A stretch of DNA of 64,000 bases from Macrostomum lignano (GCA_002269645.1 NIVC01003560.1:3126-67125); one strand, 5' to 3'; positions 10,801 through 23,410 are shown, counted from the first letter of the stretch. Translations and numbers: made by a program. The notes: generated by a model from the sequence alone, not told the origin.

Positions 10801-13305
10801 CACTGACGGCGTCACGGACAATTTTGATCCTGTTGTGCAGCGCATCGCCGTGCCGGACCCTTCCCCGATTGCCGATCAGTCTTCAGCGGCGTCGGCAAGT
10901 GCATCAACTCCGACGGACAAGCCGGAGCTGCGGCCAGCCGAGCGGCACCAATACGCTTTGAAGCAGATGGAGCGGGTCCTGCTGGAACACGAACTGGCCA
11001 CCGGGGAGATGCCGTCGGCTAGAGAGCTCTGCGACTGCCTATTAGCCTGCGTGAAGACCGTCACTCAGGTGATTTTTGAGTCAAGGTCATTTTCATAAGC
11101 TAGTGGCAGCTATAGTAGCTCAAAAAGAATGGCAAACGCGCCTGACTCTCGCGTCACGAGTCCCTGGCTTGATTCCGTGCGCGGCCAACCTTCATTTGGG
11201 GCTTGTGTGCACGACATGATGTCTATTTATAGAACACAAGCCCTTGCAATGATGTCCTCACTTGAGCCTTATGCGAGGCTTGCAATGTACATTGTTTCTA
11301 TTTATAGAACACAAGTTGAAAGGCCTGCTCTCTCTTGAGCCTATACGAGGCTTGCAATGTACATTGTTTCTATTTATAGAACACAAGTTGCAAGGCCTGT
11401 TCTCTCTTGAGCCCATACGAGGCTTGCAATGTACATTGTTTCTGTTTATAGAACACAAACCCAAGCAAGGCCTTGGCCTCCCTTGAGCCTATACGAGGCT
11501 TGCAATGTACATTGTTTCTATTTATAGAACAGAAACTGCAAGGCCTGTTCTCTCTTGAGCCTTATGCGAGGCTTGCAATTGCAATGTACATTGTTTCTAT
11601 TTATAGAACACAAAGTTGCAAGGCCTGTTCTCTCTTGAGCCCATACGAGTTGCAATGTACATTGTTTCTATTTATAGAACAGAAACTGCAAGGCCTATTC
11701 TCTCTTGAGCCTTATGCGAGGCTTGCAATTGCAATGTACATTGTTTCTATTTATAGAACACAAAGTTGCAAGGCCTGTTCTCTCTTGAGCCCATACGAGT
11801 TGCAATGTACATTGTTTCTATTTATAGAACACAAACCCATGCAAGGCCTTGACCTCTCTTGAGCTTATACGAGGCTTGCAATGTACATTGTTTCTATTTA
11901 TAGAACAGAAACTAGCAATCTTCGCCCCCCGATGGGGGACATCTGGATAGAATCTCTGTTCTCTACAAGTAACAACAAAGAAAGAAAACAAACTGCTCAA
12001 ATAAAGTGCAATGCAAAAAGAAATCATCCCAAGACAGCAAGCATCCCCCAGATAGCAAGCACCCCCCAGATAGCAAGCACCCCCCCAGATAGCAAGCCCC
12101 CCCCCCCCCCCAGATAGCAAGCATCCCCCAGACAATAAGTAGCTAGTGCGATAATTTCCTTAGCTTTATAGTGGCTCCTTTAAAATTGGCATGACGCTTA
12201 CTTTTACGTTTGAAATTGTGTATCTTTTATGTTTGACATGGTGGCTCTTTTATGTTCTAAATGGTAGCTCTTTTATGTTTGATATGCTGGCTTTTGAATG
12301 TCTGACAGGGCTCTACTATGTTTGACATAGTGGCTCTTTAATTTTTGAAATAGTGGCTCTTTTATGTTTGACATGGTGGCTCTTTAATGTTCGAAATGGT
12401 GGCTCTTTAATGTTCGAAATGGTGGCTCTTTTATGTTTGACATGGTGGCTCTATAATGTTTGACATAAAGTCACTTATATGTTTGACATAAAGTCACTTT
12501 CATGTTTGACATAGTGGCTCTGTAATGTTCGACATGGTGGCTCTTTAATGTTTGACATGGCGGCTCTTTAATGTTTGACATGGAATCACATATATGTTTG
12601 ACATGATGGCTCTTTAATGTTTGACATGGTGGCTCTTTTAGCTTTGACATGGTGGCTCTTTTATGTTTTACATGGTGGCTCTTAAATGTTAGACATGGTG
12701 GCTCTTAAATGTTTGACATGGTGGCTCTTTAATGTTTGACATGCACCGAACATTAATCGACCATTTTCTGCAAACACCGGCTCTTGACATCTTAGTAGAA
12801 AACTGATAAAGCACGCATAAAAATCTTTTATTCCCAGTCCAAGCGAGATCTCCTAGAATCGCCCGAGTTGCATTTCCGCGACGATGGTAGCGTTGAAGCC
12901 ACGAACAAGACATCAGCGGGTGCGGACTCCTCCTCAGGAGCAACAAAGACTGGCAGCAGTGGCAGGCGTCGAATTCCGCCCCGCGGCTGCCTTCGCCGAG
13001 CCACGGGGCTGGCGGATCAGCTCAACCGGTTGCCGGGCAAGCTGGACCACGCCTGCCTAGCCGCCTACGAAGTCGGAGTCTATCGCGGCGACCAGTTCGA
13101 GGTGTACGAGGACACCGCCGCATTCAGGCTTATTGGCGGCGTCGGCAGTGGCGCTTTCTCGGACAGCGCCGCCTCGCCTACCAGCGACTCCGGCTGCGGT
13201 GGCAGCGCCTGCAGCGGCGCTGGCGGCGGCGGAGATCGTCGGCTTGGTCCGTCGGTTGCCGCTCAAGTCGGAGTGAAGCGAGTCAACAGCTGCTCTTTCG
13301 CGTAA
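7888..13305 (+). CDS. PP2C-like domain protein (PPM-type phosphatase, Drosophila CG9801-like)
   Basis: Exons 7888-7890 (ATG), 8096-8312, 9027-9297, 10420-11068, 12838-13301/13305 splice in phase. Motifs: GDPIADCFG, VADGVNWGEKSRLAAR, GGLTTL, CVNLGDTFAYV, RDLRDAGGALGP, LFLATDGVTDNFDPV, LPGKLDHA. The 3' end is uncertain (stop at 13305 or donor at 13302). Confidence 0.85.
8400..8920. repeat. 25-26 bp minisatellite (GGCGCCAAAACTGACCTTACCAAAAT)
   Basis: Visible array in the PP2C-like gene intron 8313-9026. Confidence 0.9.
9298..10300. repeat. 32-bp minisatellite (GTGAATGGCGTGAATGATGCTTCATTTAGTTT)
   Basis: About 20 good copies starting at the donor (9298), then degenerate copies. Confidence 0.95.
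11215..11905. repeat. ~72-bp minisatellite rich in palindromes
   Basis: About 9 copies, each with CAATGTACATTG and TGTTTCTATTTATAGAACA. Confidence 0.9.
12030..12740. repeat. Two adjacent arrays: ~18-bp CCCCCAGATAGCAAGCA (12030-12135) and 23-24 bp TGTTTGACATGGTGGCTCTTTAA (12195-12740)
   Basis: Visible tandem copies. Confidence 0.9.
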
Positions 13306-13314
13306 GTACAAGGA

Positions 13315-13565
13315 TGGTTGCTGCTGGTTGCTATGCGGTTGCTACCCAGTTTCTCGGTGGTAGAGTAATGCTACTCGGTTGCTAGATGCTGTTGCTACCT
13401 AGTTGCTATGCGGTTGCTACCTAGTTGCTATGCGGTTGCTACCCAGCGGCTTTGCGGCTTCTGTTTAGTTTTTAAGGTTGCTACCTAGTTGCTATGCGGT
13501 TATTACCCCGTTGCTATGCTGTTATTACCTAGTTTCTATGCTTTTACTACCAAGTGGCTAAGCAA
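13315..13565. repeat. 22-bp degenerate repeat (TTGCTACCTAGTTGCTATGCGG)
   Basis: Visible array just after the candidate donor at 13302. Confidence 0.85.
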
Positions 13566-14467
13566 TTAAAAAACTTGCATTAGACATTATTCACTTTTCC
13601 TGCATGACCCACTGTAACATGATTATTACATACATGTAGTATATTGCTACGAGTATTGTACAGACTCAGTATGCGCTGATGATGGGAATAGATTAGATTA
13701 TCCGCACTCAGCATTAGTTAGTTAGAATATTATACATACAGAGAGCTTTTATACGCCTGAACTGGCACAGAGAGATAGGGAATCAGAGAGATGGAGTAAA
13801 ACAGTGAAGCTGAGGATGCAGTGAAGACTTGCTTAGTACATCCAGAGCGGGAGGCACAATGGAAAAGCCCCCCCATCAACTTGCAAGCCTCAGCGAGTCA
13901 AAATCGAATTTCGGAGAACTTCATTAAAGATAAAAGCGTGCAGCCTTCGAAGCAGCGGTCGGTTTGAGTGCTGCAGAAATTCTTGGCTCTTTTTTGCTTT
14001 TTTTTTCCTTCCGCGCTGAAAGTCATCGATCAAATAGAGTTGGTTCCAGAGGGGCTCCAGATCTTAGGGGGGGTTTTTAATCTCCCACATTTTCCTCATT
14101 TCACTGGTTGCCATGCAGATTAATTCCATGCCCAGATCCCGGATCTGTAGGCCTTATATGGCGAAATAAGTGCTTCCTTTTCCCCCGACTGAATTCTGCA
14201 TTTATATATAAGAGGCATTTTGCCCCATATCTGTCTGGTGGAATCTCAATTAAGGTATTGACGTTGGGAATTTTTACATGTACTTTTCAGTGGCTTAGAA
14301 TCGCCTATAATAGTATATAGCTCGTATTTGGCATGAAATGAATTCGGAATTTGGCCAGACTGATGAAATAGAAATTATTTCTGAGATATATTTAGCTTCT
14401 AGACTTCGTTTCTAGGAAAATCTTTGCAAAGGCTGACTTAACGCTACAAAAATATCCTACACCACGG

Positions 14468-15068
14468 CAGTGGCGTAGCCAGGAATTTCAATTGGGGGGC
14501 GGGTTGGCCTGGCTGGCCATGCCTTATGCCATTGCCACTTTTGGCGCCGCAGGCACTCATTTTGGCGCCGCAGGCACTCATTTTGGCGCTGCAGGCACTC
14601 ATTTTAGCGCCGCAGGCACTCATTTTAGCGCCGCAGGCACTCATTTTTGCGCTGCAGGCACTCATTTTGGCGCTGCAGGCACTCATTTTGGCGCTGCAGG
14701 CACTCATTTTGGCGCCGCAGGCACTCATTTTAGCGCCACATGCACTCATTTTGGCGCCGCAGGCACTCATTTTGGCGCCGCAGGCACTCATTTTGGCGCC
14801 GCAGGCACTCATTTTTGGCGCCGCAGGCACTCATTTTGGCGCCGCAGGCACTCATTTTGGCGCCGCATGCACTCATTTTGGCGCCGCAGGCACTCATTTT
14901 GGCGCCGCAGGCACTCATTTTGGCGCCGCAGGCACTCATTTTGGCGCCGCATGCACTCATTTTGGCGCCGCAGGCACTCATTTTGGCGCCGCAGGCACTC
15001 ATTTTGGCGCCGCAGGCACTCATTGCCTCATGGTTTTTGGTCGCGCCCCCCCCCTGGCTACGCCACTG
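14468..15068. mobile_element. MITE with 16-bp TIRs enclosing a 21-bp minisatellite (TTTTGGCGCCGCAGGCACTCA)
   Basis: Perfect TIR CAGTGGCGTAGCCAGG / CCTGGCTACGCCACTG; flanks match at only 5 of 8 bases (CACCAcgg / CACCAgat). Confidence 0.85.
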
Positions 15069-15132
15069 CACCAGATACTAAAATAACTAGATGGGCCACT
15101 CAGGCACATATACTTAGCAAAACAGCTTTCTA

Positions 15133-15457
15133 CTTTCAGTTCAGTAGCAAGAAGAATACATAAGCTATTTTATAAAAATAAAGACAGTTAAAATGACTTT
15201 TATTTTAGAAGCCCAAACTTGAAGCTTGCAGGCGTAAACAACTTGCTAATTGGTTTCAGCAGTAATTATGTACATTAACCACTGAAATGTACATGGCAGC
15301 TTTGGGCTGGAAAACAATAAAATTTGGGGCGGGGCGGGGGGGTAGTGTGGATAGACGCGGTTGGAGGATCTAAGCTGGGGGTGAGAGCCAATAAATGAGC
15401 CTTGGCTTTAAAAATACAATTAAAATGCTTCTGTTTAACTTACTACTGAACTGAAAG
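15133..15457. mobile_element. Tc1/mariner-type MITE (TA target)
   Basis: Perfect IR CTTTCAGTTCAGTAG / CTACTGAACTGAAAG flanked by TA on both sides. Confidence 0.65.
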
Positions 15458-15889
15458 TAGACTGACCTGCAGAAGTTGCAGGTCTGAGGACTCCTATGTT
15501 TACACATTAACTCAAATTTGACAATTGTTAGAAGTCTTGAAATACCAGGAATCCCAAAAATTATTGATAAACTGTGTCTGTCACTAAAAAGTACAGTGAG
15601 ATCAGTAAGTCCCGGTTGTCTGCATGACTTACTGAATAATGCATTGAGGCTTAGGCATCAATATATTAATGCAATTAGTGATTTTGCGCAGTTATACTTT
15701 ACTCATGATCTGATACACTGATGAGGGAGTACAGGGCGCCGATAAATTCAATATTGGAGCTTTAAGCTCCCAATTTTAGTATATGGAAGGTGCTGAGAGT
15801 AATGCATTGGTAAATATGCGGCAAGTTGGATAAAAAAAGCGCCAAAAACAGACGTACGAGGTGCCAAAATCGTAAAAAGGTGCCAAAAT

Positions 15890-16445
15890 AAAAATTAAAA
15901 AAGGCGCCAAAATCAGTTGTGATGAGGCGCCACGATCAGTTGTGATGAGGCGCCAAAGTCAGTTGTGACGAGGCGCCAAGATCAGTTGTGATTAGGCGCC
16001 AAAATCGGTTTTGATAAGGCGCCAAAATCAGATTTGATAAGGCGCCAAAATCAGATATGATGAGGCGCCAAAATCAGATATACTGAGGCGCCAAAATCAG
16101 TTGTGACGAGGCGCCAAGATCAGTTGTGATGAGGCGTCAAGATCAGTTGTGATGAGGCGCCAAAATCGGTTGTAACGAGGCGCCAAAATCTGTTGTGATA
16201 AGGCGCTAAAATCAGTTATGATGATGCGTCAAAAGGAGTTATAATTAGGCGCCACAGTCAGATATGATGAGGCGCCAAAATCAGATATGATAAGGCGCCA
16301 AAATCAGCTATGATGAGGCGCCAAAATCAGTTATGATGATGCGCCAAAATCAGTTTTGATGATGCGCCAAATTAAACTATGATGATGCGCCAAAATCAGT
16401 TATGATGAGGCGCCAAAACAATATGATGAGGCGCTAAAATCAGTT
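15890..16445. repeat. 23-bp minisatellite (GGCGCCAAAATCAGTTGTGATGA)
   Basis: Visible tandem copies. Confidence 0.9.
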
Positions 16446-17099
16446 GTCATAAACATGCAATTACACAGAACAATCACCTCTATTTGTCCTAATGTTGATA
16501 AAATCAAGAAGAGTATGTCTCTGCAGATCAGTCACACAATTTAATTCAAGAGCTCGACCCATCAATCATAATAAATAAATAATAATCATGTCTGTACCAA
16601 TAATCCCAATTTCAATTTCAGCCCAGACTCCCTGTCCGACATTGAGTTCGCCGACTCAGACTCAGACTGATGAATCGCGGTTACTACTCAAAAAGCTAAT
16701 ATAACCTGACGTTCACAATTCCATTGTCTAGAGCCTATTAATTATGATGGATTAAGTTATGATTTATTGCTTTTCTATATTTTGTCGCGCTTTTTAATAA
16801 TGTGTTTTTTATTTACCATATCTAGTCACACGCATGATAACCGGCTTCAATGTTGTTAGCAAAGCTTGTAAATCCAATTTTTTAATTTTTACCTTCAACT
16901 TCATTCTTGATTAACCAATGCACTTTTAATGAGTGTTGATTCTGTTTACCTGAGCTTATTTTTCATACAGCTGAACTTTTTGGTCTTTTTGTTGTTTAAA
17001 TTTTATAATTAATTTCTCTGGTCTTTTATTGCCGAGCCTTGCGTTGTCGAAATATTAATCTGCTGACTGCATATTAACGTTAATATTTTTCCTATTGTA

Positions 17100-17212
17100 G
17101 TGTCTGAATATATATCTGCCTGTCTATCTGCCTGTCTGTCTGTCTGTCTGTCTTTCTGTCTATCTGTATGTCTATCTGCCTGTCTGTCTGTCTGTCTGTC
17201 TGTCTGTCTTAG

Positions 17213-17245
<33 letters not shown>

Positions 17246-17296
17246 GCCTGCCTGCCTGTCTGTCTGTCTGTCTGTCTATCTGTCTGCCTGCCTGCC

Positions 17297-17361
<65 letters not shown>

Positions 17362-17444
17362 GTCAGTCTGCCTGTCTATCTGTCTGTCTGCCTGTCTGTC
17401 TATCTGTCTGCCTGCCTGCCTGCCTGTCTGTCTGTCTGTCTGCC

Positions 17445-17515
<71 letters not shown>

Positions 17516-17542
17516 GTCTATCTGTCTGCCTGCCTGCCTGCC

Positions 17543-17607
<65 letters not shown>

Positions 17608-17730
17608 GTCTGTCTATCTGTTTGTATATCTGTCTGTCTATCTGCCTGCATGTCTGTCTGTCTGTCTGTCTATCTGTCTGTCTATCTGCCTGCCTGTCTG
17701 TCTGTCTGTCTGTCTGTCTATCTGCCTGCC

Positions 17731-17771
<41 letters not shown>

Positions 17772-17782
17772 GTCTGCCTGCC

Positions 17783-17819
<37 letters not shown>

Positions 17820-17834
17820 GTCTGCCTGCCTGCC

Positions 17835-17871
<37 letters not shown>

Positions 17872-17906
17872 GTCAGTCTGACTGTCTGTCTGTCTGTCTA
17901 TCTGCC

Positions 17907-17944
<38 letters not shown>

Positions 17945-18062
17945 CCTGCCTGTCTGCCTGTCTGTCTGTCTGTCTGTCTGTCTGTCCATCTGCCTGTCTG
18001 TCTGTCTGTCTGCCTGTCTGTCTGTCTGTCTGTCTATCTGCCTGTCTATCTGCCTGTCTGCC

Positions 18063-18111
<49 letters not shown>

Positions 18112-18186
18112 GTCTGTCTGTCTGTCTGTCTGTCTGCCTGTCTGTCTGTCTGTCTGTCTATCTGCCTGTCTATCTGCCTGTCTGCC

Positions 18187-18223
<37 letters not shown>

Positions 18224-18245
18224 GTCTGTCTATTCATCCATCCAT
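17100..18245. repeat. Compound (CTGT)n microsatellite, about 1.1 kb
   Basis: Directly visible; ends about 27 bp before an acceptor-like TTTTTTTCAG at 18272. Confidence 0.97.
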
Positions 18246-19322
18246 CTATTCAAATTTGCCTGTTTTTTTCAGGCAAACTGCAACTCTGTCCGGATGTTGT
18301 TTCCAGCTTCCCTCTGCCCCGCTTCCCAACCACCCTCTCAGCTATAGGGTAGCCCTGATGGGGGAGAATGGCGATGGGGTCAATCTCTGCGGAAGCCGGC
18401 ACGCAGGGACGCGTTGGGATGACACTGCTGCATTCCCAACTGTCGAATGCGACCCCCACTGTGTCTTTGGGAAGGGATTTTTGCAGGGATCTGACTACTG
18501 CTGCAGTTGCTACACATTTCATACTGTTTATTTTACTGGATCTTCGATTCTGTCTCTCTTTCCAGTGCAACTCTGATCCGGTTTCTTTTGGAAGAAGAAT
18601 AGATCAGACTAGTTAGTGATTTCGCTTTCAGAGTTTTCTAACACTAAAACCCCAACCAACCCACCATTTTTAACAGTGTAAAAAATTCAATTGCTTGCAC
18701 CAATATCGCTACTTACACTAGTCTGCCTTGCTTATTGCGAGAATTTAGCTAAAAATGCCTTGCCTTGAGCTCCTGCCTTGAGCTTGGCTTTGCTGCTCCA
18801 CTGCTTGTCGGCTTGCTGACTGATTTTCGCAATGCAAAATGTCGCTGAGTCGATTCGTAAATTTATTCTGCAGTATTTTTTGCCCCCTATCTCTGGTCTT
18901 CGCAGTTCAATGTTTGCAGCTGAGCGCTTCTTGTTTTACCGCTTGCATGCCTTTTTTTCTCCCTCTGCGTCATACTGCTACTGTAAGTAGAAATGCAAGA
19001 GTATATTGAACGCTTTTTATAGCGTTTTTAACGAATAATAACGACAAAGTGAAATTTTCTATTCTAACGAAGTATTTAATGTTTTTTGCAAATTATTATC
19101 GATTAATGTTGTCTACAATGGACATGTGTACGAGTATTATCGTTCCACTTGTCAATAATTAAAGTGCAATAAAAATAGTATGATCAATATACCAGTAGTA
19201 AGTATCAAGCTAGTCCACTCTTAAAACAGTGAATTTATTAATCGATTTACGGTGAAAAAATATATAATCATTGTTAACACTGACCTTCTTGCTGTCTGGG
19301 ATTCAATGGTGACGTTTCATTT

Positions 19323-19765
19323 CGTGAACTTGTGAACTCGTAAACTTGTGAACTCATGAATTTGTGAACTCGTGAACTTGTGAACTCGTGAACTTGTGAA
19401 CTCGTGAACTTGTGAACTCGTGAACTTGTGAACTCGTGAACTTGTGAACTCGTGAACTTGTGAACTCGTGAACTTGTGAACTCGTGAACTTGTGAACTCG
19501 TAAACTTGTGAACTCGTGAACTTGTGAACTCGTGAACTTGTGAACTCGGGAACTTGTGAACTTGTGAACTCGTGAACTTGTGAACTCGTAAACTTGTGAA
19601 CTCATGAATTTGTGAACTCGTGAACTTGTGAACTTGTAAACTCGTGAACTTGTGAACTCGTGAACTTGTGAACTCGTGAACTTGTAAACTCGTGAACTTG
19701 TAAACTCGTGAACTCGTGAACTTGTGAACTTGTGAACTCGTGAACTTGTGAACTTGTGAACTCAC
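19323..19765. repeat. 16-bp dimeric repeat (GTGAACTC GTGAACTT)n
   Basis: Directly visible. Confidence 0.95.
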
Positions 19766-20239
19766 TCATTCATATTAGCAACATACATTTTACAGAAAAG
19801 CTTACTATTTTTAAAATAACGCATTTAGTATTGTAGTTAAAAAAATCTCGTTTTTAACGCGGCAGCTCAGCGACTCCATTTGATTTAAACAGTCTTAAAA
19901 TAGCTTGAAAATTCCATTCTTTCTGTCAGAGTTTATCCACGTTGTCATGACAACATGCAAAACAGTTGTCTCGCCTTCATACACTCCCAATTTGCAAAGC
20001 GACTGATGCAGATGAGTGAATGTCCTGCCTGGCTGCTGCTGTTTTCGACTTCTGTCTTGCATTTTACTGGTAATTCTGCTTTCGCTGATTCTCTTCCATG
20101 GCGTGGGGTGGTGGGCCGCGTCAGAGTGGGCGGCCTCGCTGCATTGCTAATTTTGGATCGCATTTGGCCTCTGTGTGCTTGGCTGCACTGTTTGATGCTG
20201 TAATTTCTCACTGGCTACATCTGCTTGCTTACAGTGCCG

Positions 20240-20347
20240 TGTGTCTGTCTGTGTGTCTGTCTGTGTGTCTGTCTGTGTGTCTGTCTGTCTGTCTGTCTTT
20301 CTGTGTGTCTGTCTGTGTGTCTGTCTGTGTGTCTGTCTGTGTCTGTG

Positions 20348-20418
<71 letters not shown>

Positions 20419-20477
20419 TTGTCTGTCTTTATGTGTGTCTGTCTGTCTCTGTCTGTCTGTCTGTTTGTCTGTCTTAG

Positions 20478-20510
<33 letters not shown>

Positions 20511-21357
20511 GCTTGTCTGTCTGTCTGTCTGTCTATCTGTCTGTTCTGTGAGCAGGCAAAACATGCATGTACAAGTAAATGTATGAGAAAACAGACAAGG
20601 CAGTCAGACACTTCGGCTCGCAGACAGACAATCAGCCGAACAAAATTGAAAACAAGCAATTGTGAAAAATAAACTACGATATGAACTGCTGCAGCAGGCA
20701 GCTGGTATCTCCATGTACTTCCCATGCAGTAGCGATGCAGATCGCAGGCAGCCGTTCTCCAACTGTTTATCCATCCTCGTGTTGGACTTTTGATCTGGCG
20801 TTACCAGATAAGTCATGATATGCCATAATTGTCGCAATATAATATAGTAATTTGTTTGGCTTATACAGCTATATACATGCAGAGTTTTCCGATTCGTTGC
20901 ATATCGTACTTTTCAATTGTCATGTATTACTTATGCTGGCTATATTTGTATTCATTTATTATTTGTATAAGTAGAAATAAATATTATGGCGCAAAACTTT
21001 TATAATTATCTATCAGTAGATATATTAGCACTTGCTACTCTATCAAAAAGGCTTATTGAAAAACCAAAGACACAGCTAAATTAATTAAGCGGACTTTTCT
21101 AGAATTTCTACCATTCGCGAGTGTGACGTCCTGAGTTGTTAAAGTAGTCCTTGGCTGGCGCGCTCTTGCCAGGAAAAGCACCTCTACGATGACGAACCAC
21201 GACGGACCCCCTCGCTGATGGCGCCCCGCGCTGGCGCCTGCAAGACGCGACCCTCTAATGAAGCATTCATGCCTCGCCTCGGTGTACAAGTAAAATGCAG
21301 TCTATCCTACTGTCTGTCTGTCCTACTGTCTGTCTGTCTGTCTGTCTGTCTTGTCTG

Positions 21358-21405
<48 letters not shown>
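20240..21405. repeat. Two (CTGT)n microsatellites (20240-20545 and 21310-21405)
   Basis: Directly visible. Confidence 0.95.
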
Positions 21406-22075
21406 TTCAGTCTCTCTGTCCGTTTTTTTCTTTGTACTTTTCTTCTCTTGGCTTTCCTTCTGTCTCTATAAATTCCGGCCTGAATGTTTGTGAATGTTCT
21501 CTGCCAACCTGCCAAACTCACAATCTATACCAACAAACTTATACTATAGCCCACAGCTGCCTAAACCCAAAAATGTCTTTTTTGAAAAAGGCAGACCAGA
21601 AAACATTAACGCCTAAAAAGTTTATTAAGGTACTTTTATACGCTGCAGTAGCATAAACAAGAACCCAGGCAGATAATTTCGCGTACAACCAGCTATTTGC
21701 AGACGTTTTAAACATAACGTTTTTTTCTTCTACTCGAAGAAGTGCTTAAAAACATATTTACAGCGAATTAGAAAATCTTAGGAATCTTTGACCTACATGT
21801 ATTCCCGAAAATGCTAAGAATAAAGACGCATGGAAGACGAAAGAATAAAACTGAGTACAAAGGTTAATTGGTGCAGGAAACGATGTTGACTTGATTCAGA
21901 ATCGGCGCCTATTGGTCCCGCGGCAGGTCGAAGTTCCTGACGCGGGCTGCTTGAGAGCTGCAGAGCAGTCAACAGCTGCCTGCAGAATGCGTATAAATAG
22001 TTGAGTCCCAATTCAGCTTGCAATGCAATTAGCTTGGCTCTGGTTCAATAACTCTATTTTAGCACTGCAGTCAGC

Positions 22076-23410
22076 ATGGCTCATTCGCTGCGATTGACTC
22101 TGCCATTGGGGGCGATCGCTTGCCTTTGCCTGATGGTCTCTGTCACTGCCAGACCCGAGGGTGAGTGAGTCTTCTAATTCGTGCTATGCGACCTGCTTTC
22201 TTAGCTGTCTTTTTGTCCGTCTCAAGATTTATCTGTTGGCGTCTGCAGTCATATTTAGTGCCCATCTGTTTGTCTAAGTGTCTGTTAACAAATAAAGATT
22301 AGACGTACATCCGGTAAAACAATCCGACTATCGACGGCAATGACAGATATGTACTTTTACATTGCATCGACGGATTACGACGTCATGCTGTCGACGTTGG
22401 AATGCTCTACGGGCATGTAAATGTATATTCTTGGCTATTACTAAGAGAGCTGAGTGATGCGCTAAAATATACGTTCCTATAATGTTTTATTAGCATGCAA
22501 GTATTAACGATTCTCACTTAGGTCGCGGCGGACCGGTGCATCGGCAGAGATCAAGGCCGGCTACTGCTGCCTCGCTGTTGTCAACTAACGAGTTCTGCCG
22601 CCAGGGCCTGTTCGTGCACTCCACGAACCCGCCAAGTTCGCTGATGCTGTCGCTGCTCTGTCCGCCCAAGATCAACTGCAGCCGCTGGGCTCCGCCGGGT
22701 ACTGCTCGAGACGACATCAGGTGCATGGTGAAACAGGTGACAGAAATATCGTATAACAATGTGATGTCCGTTTTCCTATCTAAATTCCGGGGAAAAGTAT
22801 ACGCAATATTTAGTTATTTTACATTAACTTCGGGCTTGTGCACGACCTATAGTTGAAGCAATTGTGCAATTCTGACTTTTAAGGGCCAACTCCCAAGACG
22901 AAGAGAGTGTACATGGCATGTCTGAATGATAAAGACAAAGTCAGGGCTGCTGTACGTAATGTGTGAGTGTATGCATATCTATGATTTATGTACGGTATAA
23001 TGCATCCGCCTGGGTGTGCCTATTTAGGGGCCAGAGAAATTAACATAACGGCTTGCCTTCTTGCTAACTCCTCCCTCGATGACGTGATCTAAATCTGTTG
23101 ATCTGCTACTTAGTTTTGCGATCTTGCAATTATTTTGTATGGCGGATGAGGGTTTAAGCATGATTACACAAACGTGCATATTTGTGATTACCTACCACAG
23201 TTGGATTTTAACGATGCTCGCGGCGTAGAGTGGGACAGGTCGCTGGTTTACCAATTCGCCTGCGGCACTGTGAGCAGCTGCATGAGCACCGAGGCCAACT
23301 CCAACCAGCTGTGCTATCTGGCTAGCGATGCCCTGGATCTGGCTGCCAAGCACTATCCAGTGATTGAGGCTGAGCCTAGCATTGAAGTTGTGGCGATCAA
23401 CTGCGCCTAA
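22076..23410 (+). CDS. Small secreted cysteine-rich protein, about 169 aa, 3 exons, no recognised family
   Basis: Exons 22076-22160, 22522-22736, 23201-23410 with canonical sites and matching phases (1, 0). Signal-peptide-like MAHSLRLTLPLGAIACLCLMVSVTA; 8 Cys in the mature part. Confidence 0.75.

Noticed and set aside
11215-11905. CRISPR-like appearance of palindromic repeats with variable segments
   Set aside because: The variable parts are versions of one sequence, not unique spacers; there are no cas genes and the context is a eukaryotic intron.
17100-18347. Long ORFs (415 and 454 aa) of LSVC/CLSV repeats, and similar ORFs at 20098-20586, 42888-43217, 14444-15163 and 19274-19765
   Set aside because: They are translations of stop-free microsatellites and minisatellites, with no coding evidence.
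21100-21116. Heat-shock-element-like TTCTAGAATTTC
   Set aside because: The third unit is imperfect and the site is about 1 kb from the nearest start; likely chance.
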